A DNA stretch of 64,000 nt from Setoptus koraiensis (taxonomy: Eukaryota; Animalia; Arthropoda), in the NCBI GenBank assembly GCA_048013815.1, contig CM106585.1, positions 2,542,001 to 2,606,000 on the forward strand, given 5' to 3'. The notes beneath the pieces are model-generated. The model worked only from the letters and a program-made list of their open reading frames with translations. It was not told the DNA's origin and did no database searches. A program made the translations under genes and the position numbers. Within the stretch, counting starts at the first letter, position 1. Each line of letters starts with the position of its first letter. This document shows positions 14,201 through 23,968 of the stretch, piece by piece.

Positions 14201-15283
14201 CCTCAGCAGCTTCAACAACAATTACAGTTGCCTCAGCAACTTCAACAATTGCAAATACCTCAGCAGCCTGTCATTGTGACTCCTCAACCTGACACTGCTA
14301 TCAACACGATCGCTGCTATGCCAACTAGCTGGCCAATCAAGAGCTTCATCAAAACCCCCTGGACCACAAAGGCTGTGCTTCGTGTTGAGATGTTCGAGCA
14401 TGATGGCTTACATAATCTTTTCACCCTAGCCGAGCAGTATATGAAAGAGGTCAAAAACCACCGTGCCATCAAACCAGTGATGGCTGGAAAGATTATGGCC
14501 TCAATATTTTACGAGGCGAGCACTAGGACCCAATGCTCTTTTGCAAGTGCTATGTTGCGCTTGGGTGGTCAAGTCATCAATGTCAACGAATCATTTTCAT
14601 CGGCCAAGAAAGGCGAAAGTCTGGAGGATACCATACAGGTTATGAGCGGCTATTGTGACTTGATAGTTTTGAGACACCCGGAACCCGGGGCTGTCGACAG
14701 AGCTGCCACAGTTTGTCGCAATAAGCCTGTCATAAACGCTGGCGATGGGGTAGGCGAACATCCAACTCAGGCCTTGTTGGATATTTTCACTATAAGAAAA
14801 GAAATCGGTACAATCAAGAATTTAGTAATCGCGTTAGTGGGTGATCTCAAGAACAGTCGCACAGTTCATTCGTTAGCTAAATTGCTGACCAATTATGAAA
14901 TGGCCGAGCTGAGATTTATTTCTCCGCCAGGTTTAGAAATGCCGGATGAGATTTGTACCTATTTGAGCGATAGAAAAGTCAAATACACTAAATACTCAAA
15001 TTTCGATGAAATAATACCTGATACGGATGTCATATATATGACACGTATTCAAAAGGAGCGTTTCGATAACATTGAAGAGTATCGAAAATGTTGTGGCTTG
15101 CTCAGGATAACTCCACAAATAATGACCAAAGCCAAAAAGAAAATGATTGTCATGCACCCGCTGCCTAGAGTGGACGAGATTAGCCCCGACTTTGATAATG
15201 ACAATCGCGCAGCCTATTTCCGTCAATCAGAGTACGGAATGTATGTTCGTATGGCACTTATAGATATGGTGATGCGAAGATAA
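8222..15283 (+). CDS. CAD: CAD trifunctional protein (GATase/CPSase, dihydroorotase, aspartate transcarbamylase), 2353 aa, intronless
   Basis: GATase PVFGICLGHQL and QFHPEH; CPSase GPPIDSI..EDRKLF and IEVNPRLSRSSALASKATGYP; DHOase DVHVHVREPG and ATDHAPH; ATCase FYEASTRT, HPTQALLD and HPLPR. Confidence 0.98.
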   Translation: MLHGALLLENGSVYFGQLFGCTSKQVSGEVVFQTGMVGYCESLSDPSYNKQILVLTYPLIGNYGVPDENERDEHGIQKNFESHKIWAQALVCSELSSHYSHWSAKCSLNEWMVKHDTVGIQGIDTRRLTKELTTNGTILGKIINLGSQFDAGQLFNVKLLHQLSESQAKDIDAKAHQVDWLDPSTMNLVEQVSTKQTRLYNAEKFPRIMLIDCGAKNNIVRCLLQEKFNVQVQVVPWDYDIVANVGEFDGLMISNGPGDPIKCELLVERLRKLLQDDSFFKPVFGICLGHQLMGLAAGFTTYKMNFGNRGHNQPCRLVGSQRCLITSQNHGYALSNHSPSDIPDGWTELFVNANDKSNEGIAHVSKPFFSTQFHPEHNAGPDDSEFLFDIFIESVLHSIEGSNGFPVSQIIGEHLSKNASAIPTNIKKVLILGSGGLSIGQAGEFDYSGSQAIKALRSEKIFTILINPNIATVQTSPSLADRVYLLPVNSHYVEKVIKNERPDGLMLMFGGQTALNCGIELARTGVLDRYNVKVLGPPIDSIINSEDRKLFAEKVAEVGGQVAPSSAVSSVSDAIHAAQTKLGYPVLVRAAYALGGLGSGFAANKAELATLVSQALIYSPQVLLDKSLKGWKEVEYEVVRDVYDNCATICNMENVDPLGIHTGESIVVAPSQTLNDSDYNTLRSMAIKIVRHLGVIGECNIQYALNPQTNDFYIIEVNPRLSRSSALASKATGYPLAYIAAKLALGKSLVDLENSVTGTSACFEPSLDYCVVKMPRWDLGKFAGVTHEIGSSMKSIGEVMSIGRNFEEAFQKALRMVDENVTGFDTDVKPVNENELRSPTDKRIFVLAAALKEGYEIGSLHEITSMNTWFLAKMKNIVDFQNTLAKFKSSDSNLNSLEFKEYLLQAKKFGFSDKQIGNLIERTELIVRKARCDHHKLTPFVKRVDTVSAEWPAKTNYLYLTYNGDEHDVEFCNETPSTSAHNSPVKRLAKTAETPSTAPEPMLCDSQQVMVLGSGVYRIGSSVEFDCCAVGCVEELRRLDKKVIMLNYNPETVSTDFDVCDKLYFDEISFEIVMDVYKLENPMGIVISMGGQLPNNIAMELHRQQAIILGTSPDNIDNAENRFKFSRLLDTYNIGQPVWRELVDLEAAFKFCNQVKYPCIVRPSYVLSGAAMNVAYSDKDLEKYLSQASAVSKEHPVVISKFLTDAKEIDIDAVAQHGELICMAVSEHIENAGVHSGDATLVTPPQDLNVETMAQIRQICGQIAMALEVNGPFNLQLIAKDNQLKVIECNLRASRSFPFVSKTLNYDFIAIATKVIMGEEVKPIDVTFGQLQPSSNYTEKASRTNRVGVKVPQFSFSRLSGADIKLGVEMASTGEVACFGDNRYAAYLKAMISTGFRIPERKVVLLSIGSYRQKEEFLPSVITLAKMGYKIYATQGTADYYNIKLTELLKERGIDFKLEFIDWPFGDVGVNLTTHDEIDAIAAYLSAKEFDLVINLPMQSAGARRVSTLGYRTRRFAVDHAVPLISDIKCAKLLIEALTLYDGPPDVSDLDCLTASKIITLPGLIDVHVHVREPGATHKEDFDTATSAAIAGGVTIIGAMPNTTPPITDLDTLRLEQQLAQSKARCDYGLILGATPTNAASVASLAQTEPVMALKMYLNNTFGTLCMSSMVDWQQHFLNWPSNIPICVHAEGQTAAAAILFAQFYNKHVHICHVAREEEILLIKHAKSMNLPITCEVAPHHLVLSDDDLTTLNLGDKLGAVKPPLMPKKDQDALWDNLDIIDCFATDHAPHLLSEKTSDKVPPGFPGLETMLPLLLTYTQSTDPKRQLTLQQIIEKLYTNPKRIFKIPDQPDTYVEVDMSRQWYIDDQTHTYSKSKWTPFKGMKATGKVSKVVIRGEVAFVDDKLIVQPGFGQDIMTDRQQINSSIRNNMLTPTTFGLLNTLDTTFRGRSDSCVSTSNVQQPQQLQQLPQPQQMQQLQQQLQLPQQLQQQLQLPQQLQQQLQLPQQLQQLQIPQQPVIVTPQPDTAINTIAAMPTSWPIKSFIKTPWTTKAVLRVEMFEHDGLHNLFTLAEQYMKEVKNHRAIKPVMAGKIMASIFYEASTRTQCSFASAMLRLGGQVINVNESFSSAKKGESLEDTIQVMSGYCDLIVLRHPEPGAVDRAATVCRNKPVINAGDGVGEHPTQALLDIFTIRKEIGTIKNLVIALVGDLKNSRTVHSLAKLLTNYEMAELRFISPPGLEMPDEICTYLSDRKVKYTKYSNFDEIIPDTDVIYMTRIQKERFDNIEEYRKCCGLLRITPQIMTKAKKKMIVMHPLPRVDEISPDFDNDNRAAYFRQSEYGMYVRMALIDMVMRR
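14098..14270 (+). repeat. Coding Gln/Leu/Pro tandem repeat (LQQQLQLPQQ units, 30 nt) in the CAD DHOase-ATCase linker
   Basis: Translation PQQLQQLPQPQQMQQLQQQLQLPQQLQQQLQLPQQLQQQLQLPQQLQQLQIPQQP. Confidence 0.9.
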
Positions 15284-15433
15284 TCCGACACATTACCATA
15301 TCGTTACGCGAAGGAAATGATGAATTCTATAAGCAGTGACCAGTTTCTATTGACTGTATAATATTTATTAAGCCAGCACAATTGTCCAAGTTAAGCTATA
15401 AATTATTACCTATAAATGCTCAACGCTATATTA

Positions 15434-15879
15434 TCATCGACGACCGTGGTGGTGGTGTTTCTTATGTTTCTTAACGTGGAATCCTTTTTTTGGGTCGGCC
15501 TCATAATAAAATTTTATCATTTTACCATGTGGGTCCTTATAAGAATACCAGCCTTTTACATGACCTTTCTTGTCCGAAACTTCGTGCCTCTCTTGGGGAT
15601 TCTTATGGTCACCTGTTGTATAACCGAATTTGTAACTTTTTGGTCCGTGAACGCCCTTAGTCACAATTGATTATTAATTTATTTTTATTTATTAGGCCCT
15701 ATTTATTATTATGATGATTACACAACATTATATGTATGATAGATTGGATCTTGACTCACCTGTTCATGATATTGGGTCCGATGACCATGGCATTGTACTA
15801 GCACAACGCAAGCCAGAACAAAGGTAAGGCTAAATATGAGGGACTTGTAGTTCACAAAGGTGGTTGTGATGGGCTTCAT
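15434..15879 (-). CDS. Secreted chitin-binding (Rebers-Riddiford-like) cuticle protein with His/Lys-rich tail; exons 15879-15760 and 15655-15434
   Basis: Exon 1 encodes a signal peptide (MKPITTTFVNYKSLIFSLTFVLACVVLVQC) and ends at a GTGAGT donor. Exon 2 reads SYKFGYTTGD...RHEVSDKKGHVKGWYSYKDPHGKMIKFYYEADPKKGF, an R&R-type consensus. Confidence 0.85.
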
Positions 15880-18830
15880 GATGTCGTTGCAAACTGTTTC
15901 TTGTTTAATTTGATTGGTTCACAACTGATGGGTAATATCGAATAACTATAATATGTTTAACATTCAAGACTTGTACCGATTTGCATTTGATGACAAGATG
16001 ATATAGACACTACTTTTGCAATTGGTTAATCAACTATCGTGCAAGTTCTATAGTTGCGAATGTATAAATAATGATTCGCAAAAGTTGGTTGTTGCTAATC
16101 TTGGATTTGATAATAGACTTCAATTAAACTCGATGAACGATAACCCTTCTATCACTAATATTCAATAGTTGTGTATTTGCTTTATTTCAAGCATAAAAAT
16201 GAAATATCTAGCACAAATTATGTATACAAGTTACTAAATAAAACTTCAACTATGGGGCAGTCGAAAAGATAGATATTGGGGTAGTACCATTGTTTGTTTT
16301 GGCCTTATAACATTGACTTGTATATAACTTAAACAATTCTCTATGATACATTTATTACTACTATTACTTATGCGACATGATTACACAACACATTTGGAAT
16401 TACGTAAGATCGATATTGTATGTTTCGAAAAGGTAGCGACCGAAAAGTAGTAGTTGGTCCTCAAGTAAGTTTAATGCTTTACTGCATAGTACTGTGATAT
16501 TTTTCATGCCATTTGACTTAATTATAACACACATATTACCGTCTGGAGACCATCTCCAATCGCTTTGAAGAAAGTTATTCGTATTCGAAAATCATATCAC
16601 TCCCATGAGAATGACTACTGGTCTGGTTGATACCAATCTAATGTGAAGCTGTTCTTAGATCAACTAGAAGGCTGACTATGACGGAATCCATCCATTGATA
16701 GCATACCCGAACATATAATGTTCTATTGAGAGCTTTAAAAATTGTCGACTCAAATCACTTAGAACGACAACTCCTACATAGACTTAGATAATAATTTGCG
16801 GTTTAGCACAACGATTTGACTTGTTCCACTATCTAGAAGATGATCAAATGGATCGGAAGAATGTTGTTGTTGTCAACAAAAGTTTTCTGGAGTAGTAGTG
16901 TTTTTTCATTCTTTCTCTTTCTTCATTTCACTCAACTAGTTGACAAAATGTCCTTTGTTGTTGATACGAGTCTCTCTTTGGCTTGTACCGACGATCGCCA
17001 ATTATCAAGGGGAGGAGATGGAAAGAGGCAGAGGTAAATAGATGGAATGGTTTTGATCATTGAAATGGAAGTTTATCTAACTTTAATAACCAACAACTAC
17101 GAGATAGAGTAGGCAATAACGAAAGTTGTTGTTTCCTACTCTCAACAGAAGCTACCCTGATGCTATCTTATCCATATTGAGAAAAACCACGATCACGAAC
17201 TCTGCCAGCAACCACTCTTTCAACACCCATGTTTATCTACAACACGACACATGCCATAACAGTAGCCGTAAAGTTGGTTGATACCTGCACTGGTTTGTTA
17301 GGCAATTTACATTCTCGTTACATAATAAACCGATTTCCCTCAATGTCCATCTGACAACCTCCATTTACAGCTAAGAAGAACCTAGTTCAATGAAAAAATT
17401 CGTTATTAACGATGATAATGAAGTAAATCTTCAGTGTTAAGTTGATACCGAATTGATCGAAAATTTTGTTCAACAGTAATTGTTGAACAACTGTCATTTT
17501 ACTGTTGTCTTGTCAGTCAGTGGCCTTTCATGAATTTATCAAATTTACATGCTTTTACAATCCTAATCCCGCGAGATCTCATTAGTTAATAGAAGACTGA
17601 CCTCAGAATTGTTGCATTGTGAGAAATGAGTTCAGAAAAATGAATAATACTTTCTCTTACAAGGTCAAATCTTAACTGTTCTCACGGCCAATACATTGGA
17701 CAACAATGATCGCAACAAGTATTGTGATTGCGGTACTCATAAACAAATATTCTATTCTATTGGATTAAAGTAAAGTAACATTGTTAGAGATGAGACTTTT
17801 CTGCGTCCATGCGCTCTATCAGTATTATATCTACAGTAATCATGGTTTTTTATTTATCAAACAACTTGTCCGAGAGCCTTAACAAACCTGATTTAATTGT
17901 AGTGAAATAGAATTGTATCAATAGTGTGTCTCAAAGTGTCATTCTATCAATTCTTTCAACTTGATCCTGTCTGGCAACAAAGATGAAGCAGACTGTCAAA
18001 GTTCATACCACCATTCTACCTTGTTCTACCCAGTTACCTTGTCGAATGAAGAATTTTCCAGTTATTCACTTGAGTGAAATTCACCCACATTTGACTCATC
18101 ATAATATTGGCTCTATTGACATAGTCTCAACAACACAACAATTCTTTGTCTGTCTGCTGTCGTTATTCTTTGTAATTAGATAACTCACATAGCATTTCTT
18201 CTATACCAAGGTCAGTGGTTGTAAATGGAACGGATCTGACGAAAGGAGTTTTCGTTCGTTCGTCCGTCCGTCAACTCAAAAGATTGCGGTTAGGTATCAT
18301 GATCTAGTTGTTTCAATTTCTAGTTGTTTAGTGCGCTATAGAAGTGGAGAAGAGAAAAAAATTCTACCACTTGAAAACAAATACCAGACGGCGTAGTGGA
18401 TGAATGAAAACTGGCCTAAAACAAAGTCGATCCCTGCAACAGCACATACATATTGTCTTTTATTGGTGTGAATGGCCCGATCAAGTGTAAATAAAATTCC
18501 ATGAACCTCAAGGTTAAGTTTTATGCAATACTCAGTATGCGTTTAATTGTTCGCGACTCAATCAGAGTTGTAATCAAGGAGTTTGGAGTCGGCAACAGGC
18601 AGCAAAAGCAGGTTAAAAGTAGAACAAAGCGTTGCACTTGGGATAAAACCAAGCGAGTAACTAGCGGAGTTCACAGTGAGAATAGTTAATCTAGTTCGAT
18701 CAATTCATTTACCTTTCTAGTGAAGCATCTATAATTAAAACTCACAGACACAGTGATTGCTGGGCTGTCGACGACGATTGGTCTTGAAGCGACGGCAGAA
18801 TTTAGATTTAATGTCAGTATCAATCTTGCC

Positions 18831-18832
<2 letters not shown>

Positions 18833-18916
<84 letters not shown>
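18833..18916. repeat. (CT)n microsatellite, about 40 units
   Basis: Uninterrupted ctctct run. Confidence 0.97.
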
Positions 18917-18920
<4 letters not shown>

Positions 18921-19392
18921 CAATTATCACTAAAACTATTGTACTAGTTTCGGTTTAGAATCCCTAAAGCCGACAGGTGCGTTAGGTGAATTATTATTAT
19001 TCTTCAAGAGAGACCCTCTATAGGCGAACGGTTGCATTGATTGCGCCTTTATTTTGCCCAAAGTTCTTCTGTATCAGAGGACAGAAGACGAAGAAAAAAG
19101 TAGTCTATTACCACTTTTACGCCTCTTTCCTATTTCGCTTTATTTCCCTTCTTGTTTTACTTTTCGTTTCTTTCATTCAGACTCTGGTCAATAATTATAG
19201 CTTTGTCAACAGGTATATCGGTTTTAGTTGAGATCCTTGCAAAATCTTGGCCAAAAAGCATCTTGAGTGCAAAGTTGGCACAGTTGAAAGAGATGTTCCA
19301 CTCAGGCATGATATCTCCAATATGGTTGGATATGTTAATATGAATGGAATATAAAGTGGGTTTCTTTCTTTTTGATTCGGAAAAACGAAAGC

Positions 19393-19445
19393 AAAAAAAT
19401 TTGAAACGCTTCGCAGATTTTGCGTGTCATCCTTGCACAGGGGCC

Positions 19446-19479
<34 letters not shown>

Positions 19480-19501
19480 TTATGTTCTGCCGGAGCAGAA
19501 C
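19393..19501 (-). ncRNA. U6: U6 spliceosomal snRNA
   Basis: Minus strand reads GTTCTGCTCCGGCAGAACATAAACTAAAATTGGAACGATACAGAGAAGATTAGCATGGCCCCTGTGCAAGGATGACACGCAAAATCTGCGAAGCGTTTCAAATTTTTTT: 5' stem-loop, ACAGAGA box, AGC triad, ISL and T-run Pol III terminator. Confidence 0.98.
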
Positions 19502-19519
19502 GACAGTGAGGTGGTGCTC

Positions 19520-19562
19520 ATCATTATATAGTGGTAGAGCGTGGGAGGGTACATGAAAAACA
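19520..19562 (-). promoter_or_regulatory. U6 type-3 Pol III promoter: TATA box (TATATAA, about -29 to -23) and probable PSE upstream
   Basis: Minus strand ...catgtaccctcccacgctctaccacTATATAAtgatg... lies directly upstream of the U6 +1 G. The PSE assignment is positional only. Confidence 0.6.
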
Positions 19563-19910
19563 GTTTGCGGCGAGCTTTGATGCGGAATATACACAATTTG
19601 TCGTCGTTTAGAATGATTTTTCTCTTCCCTGAGCGTTTGTCAGACCAAACGCAAGAATAAAATTCATCTTACTATATGTCGAAAGACAAATCAAAGAAAC
19701 TACAGGCGAATATCATGCAACTTTCAGGAAGATCTTCACATACCTCGTGCGCGCAACCATTTTTCCAAAGTTCATACTTTACTATCCCAATGTATACTGG
19801 GAACATGCATGTATTTGATCGAGTTTACCTGTGGCGAGAGAATTTATTTATTTAATTGGACAACGAGCATAACAGGTATCCGACAGGTTGCCCTGGAAAA
19901 ATTCAGTCCG

Positions 19911-20661
19911 TCAGGCGCTCAACTTATTGATCCGTGTGTAGTTTTGTCTACTCGGATGTGACTCGTCGATGTTCAATCGTGAGTATGGTGTCCAGATTGG
20001 TTCGCCCACAAATAGTCGCAGAGCCTTGATGTAATTCTAGAAATCATCGATTGAGAAAAAATAAATAAATATAAGAGTTGCCAACTAATGGTTTGACATA
20101 AAAATTTGCCAGCAATAGACAAAAGCTTGTTTCACTCACATTGGTGTCCAAAGTGAATCTGTGATAAATTCCGGCAGGCAAAACTATCATGTCGCCTTTT
20201 TTCATTTCAATTCTGATCCAATTATCCTTTCTATCGCGAACATCAAAATATCCGGTTCCGTCCAAGACAAATCTTATCTCCTCGTCTGTATGAATGTGTT
20301 CATCATAGAAGGATTTTATCTTGTTTTCATAATCTGGCAATTTCTCAGGACAGACCTCGATTAAATCCTGGTAAGAGTAACCCCTGGACAATTTCAATTG
20401 CTTATAGTCTTCATCTGTCTCATAAGTGTTCGGATCAAACTGTCTCAAGCGGAGAAATCATTTTTGCGTTAGTTTGTGGAATCACATCAAGTTGAAAGAA
20501 TTTCATTTGTGTGCCAATTACACCTATGATCGCCTAATTACCTTCCAATACAAAACACCCAATTCTTTCAGAACGTCCAATTCAACAAACTTTGGAGGGT
20601 CTAAATGATGACATTCTCTTTGGTCGACAGTCTCATCATTATTCATGAACCAGGCGCGCAT
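19911..20661 (-). CDS. ADI1: Acireductone dioxygenase (methionine salvage); exons 20661-20542, 20439-20140, 20036-19911
   Basis: MRAWFMNND...LGVLYWK | FDPNTYE...[26 protein letters not shown]...[15 protein letters not shown] | [20 protein letters not shown]. Metal-ligand motif H-x-H..E..H intact; GT-AG introns. Confidence 0.95.
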
Positions 20662-21099
20662 GTTGCAGGCAGGCAATACAAAGGAATTATATTATGGAAT
20701 AACTATACAAAGTTGGCCTCTTTTTTTTGTTGCTGTCAAAGCTTCCGTTTCCCAACTTGAAAAATAACAAATTCGCTGGCTACTATTATGAAAAATGTTT
20801 TCAGCTGTGCGACAATTATCACTTTTGTGCATGAATCTCTCATGAATAAACTTGGTGTAAAACCAACAATAAAACAACGAACAAGAACAAGTTGTGTTGA
20901 TTGGAATAATCTGAAAGCTCGAGCGCTAATTCCAAATCTATATTCACATGTGGATAGAGCAGCACACTAGGGATGCTCCTCTACTGGTTAGAGAGAAAAA
21001 TGGTCAGGCAAACCACTTTTTGTTGTAACTCAAACATTAATCCGATTGTAGCATTATTTATTAAAAAGTGTCAATATAAGCAATGCTAAAAATTACAGC

Positions 21100-21717
21100 T
21101 CAATATGTTTTCTGTCTGCAGAAATCAATTAATTTCTGACAGTAGGCATGATACATTCGCGAAACATTGACCTCACGAATGTAGCTCTCACTGTTATATA
21201 GTGTCAAGAATTCATTTATCAAAATATTCAACTCGTTCAAATTTACTTCTGTCTGGGGACATCTGTAAATGGACTTGTAGATTTGTTCCATTTTCTTGCC
21301 TAAAGTAACTAAACGGCCTACTTTTCTCACGGCATTCTTAACTAAATCCGTTTCTCCCAGTAAAGCCACCAATAGCTTCGATCTGTCTAGATCGTCGTTT
21401 GTTCCAGTGTCTGTAGTTGAGCCATTGGATCCAGACTGTCCAAATAGATGTGTACGATTTATATTTACAGGTTTGAGGTCGTTCATAAGAGATCGTAGAT
21501 TGGTCATCAACTCGGAATCATCCTTTATGGCTGAATCTTGATTATTTGAGAGATGTTCATTCAAGGGGTTGCAGTTATTTGGCAAAGATTCCAGACTGCT
21601 CATGTCATCGTCATGGTTGGAATTTGCATGAGCGGCTTCGCAGTGCTTAGTGGCCGACGCAAGATCGGCCGATCTCAGACTCAGTTCCTCTATTGCCTTA
21701 AGCAGGCTTAGATCCAT
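21100..21717 (-). CDS. Hypothetical 205-aa protein, no recognised family
   Basis: ATG-initiated, stop-free 615-nt ORF in AT-rich DNA with normal amino-acid composition, located between two genes. Confidence 0.6.
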   Translation of the reverse strand: MDLSLLKAIEELSLRSADLASATKHCEAAHANSNHDDDMSSLESLPNNCNPLNEHLSNNQDSAIKDDSELMTNLRSLMNDLKPVNINRTHLFGQSGSNGSTTDTGTNDDLDRSKLLVALLGETDLVKNAVRKVGRLVTLGKKMEQIYKSIYRCPQTEVNLNELNILINEFLTLYNSESYIREVNVSRMYHAYCQKLIDFCRQKTY

Positions 21718-22621
21718 TATTTAACTTGCAGCGATTAGATCTCTATCGGATCAACATGATATTGATACAGGTTCCTCGTGGATCTTGTTGAAATTCTATA
21801 TTGATAATTGATGTTGGTGTGATGCTTTTGGAAGTTAGTTGCAAATGAATTGTTTACGATATAAAACATTGTTAAAAGCAGTATTGGATGTTGAACGCTA
21901 TTGCGATTGAAGATTTTATTTCTGCGTAACTAACCGATTGCTCGCGCACACGTAAACAACTAATGAACAATGTGAATAACAGCTGATTGGGTTAGTACAT
22001 TTAATGCAAAAAACTGTTGAAGAGCTCGACTCTACCTAGGTCAGCCAAAGTTTGTCATCATCAGTCACACTCCGTATTCGGCATAAACTGCAAATGTCGG
22101 TAGAGGCAGATTACCGTTTATCGAATCGCTTATAAAAGATAGGCAAACGTGTTCGCTTCGAAAGATAAGATCACCTGTATGTTGCTATACTTGATTTTGA
22201 AATGCGCCTTTTATGGGAAGTTGTTAGTTTGTGGTCAAGTTAAGTCCTCGTTGATATATGTAGCTATAGGGACTGTGATGGTGACACAATATGTGGATGC
22301 ACAGAGTCAGCTTACTATTTGGATTGATGGAAACCTCATGAAGCTGCATCTGAAGAGACGATGAAGCTTGTGAGCATTGGTGAGAGCGGACAAACGAAGA
22401 TGTTGACGAAAACTAAACCACCTTGCCAAGACCAACTTGGAGTGTACAAGGAATTGTGCTGTAAGTGTACGCTGCGCAAAGCACTCATCTCGCTACAATT
22501 TCTAAGAGTCTGCACTTTATTCTAGCTGTCATAATGAACACAATGGTCAATAACAAAGAATGTAGTTTTATCATTTATTTATAACCTCCTAACAATTTAT
22601 TCATCTGAACGCGAAAGAATC

Positions 22622-23811
22622 ATGGATCTGAGGAGTAGAATTTACTTGATCCTATTCAGGATATATTATGATTTATTCAATTATGCCATAGCCTTCAAAA
22701 ATCTATTCATAGAAATAATGTACAAACTCCATCTTATAAGACATCTTGATGTGCATAATGAACTTCCAAAAAGACTGGAGGATGATGTCGCCATAGTAAC
22801 AGGTGGAACCAGAGGTCTTGGATTGTCAGTTGTTAGAGCACTTGTATCAAAAGGATGTTACGTTTTTGTAGCATCATCACAATCAGATGACAAATTTCCC
22901 ATGTTGATTGAGAAAATCTATCATAATATTCCAAAAGTATCAGAATCGGGTGTTCGTAGAGGAACAGTAAAGCTCGAACATTTAGACTTGTCGTCGATGG
23001 ATTCAGTTAAACGATTCGTCAATGCATTCACAAGAACTAAACGTAACTTGAATTATTTAATTTGTAACGCTGGCATAATGTTCGCTCCGCTATCTTTCAC
23101 CATTGACGGCTTTGAGTCGCATCTTGCCGTCAACTACTTGGGTCATTGTCTTTTGACGATGGAACTCTTACCAATAATGAGGGCGACAGCAGACTCTAGA
23201 AAAATGAATTCCAGAATAGTGAATGTTTCATCTGTAACTCACTTTAGTACGGGATTCAGATTCCACGACATCAGAGGAAACATCTATTCAAGCTCCCAGG
23301 CTTATGCTCAATCCAAACTAGCTCAAATAATGTTTACCTATAAATTAGATAGATTTCTGAGAAATAATCTAAATTGTAACAATGTTCAGGTTTTCAGCCT
23401 TCATCCCGGTGTGATACTAAGTGATCTCTATGAACATGTCATATTGCTAAAGTTATTCCCTTTCTTAAAACCAATTGTGAGAATGGTTCTTAGGGTAAGT
23501 TCCTCATATAGCCAATGTGTTAAGTTTGGAAAGATATCAGAATCTCGCATACTCATCCTAGTGACACAAAAAATAATACCGATAGTCTCACTTTTTCTTA
23601 GGATCTTGATGAGGGCGCAGAAACAACTTTGTATGCTACTCTATCCGAAGAATTGGGGAATGAATCTGGAGCTTACCTGGAGGACTGTACCATTAAGACA
23701 TCTAGTAGGTTTTCATTGAAGACAAACAACCAGGAACGTCTGTGGGGCGTAACAAATAGTCTCCTCGATAAGTGGATGCCCGATACTTGGAGAAACGCTC
23801 TCGATAAATAA
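22622..23811 (+). CDS. DHRSX: Short-chain dehydrogenase/reductase, DHRSX/RDH12-like; exons 22622-23494 and 23602-23811
   Basis: TGGTRGLG cofactor motif, NAGIM, VNYLGH, YAQSKLA catalytic YxxxK, LHPGVI. A GTAAGT...ttAG intron restores DLDEGAETTLYATLS...GAYLEDC. Subfamily call from recalled similarity. Confidence 0.8.
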
Positions 23812-23968
23812 AGTCTATTCTCGGGATATTCAAATGTTTCAAAGACGGTGAATAAAACTATCAATAATAGTAGTGATACAGATTTTAAAAAAATGCGCCG
23901 TTTTCTTTTGGATAAAAAAATCGCAAATCAGGTCTTCCTATTGTAATACCTAAAGATTGTTTTGTTCG

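Noticed and set aside
15416-15670. Hydrophobic plus-strand ORF (84 aa)
   Set aside because: Antisense shadow of the Lys/His-rich cuticle protein exon.
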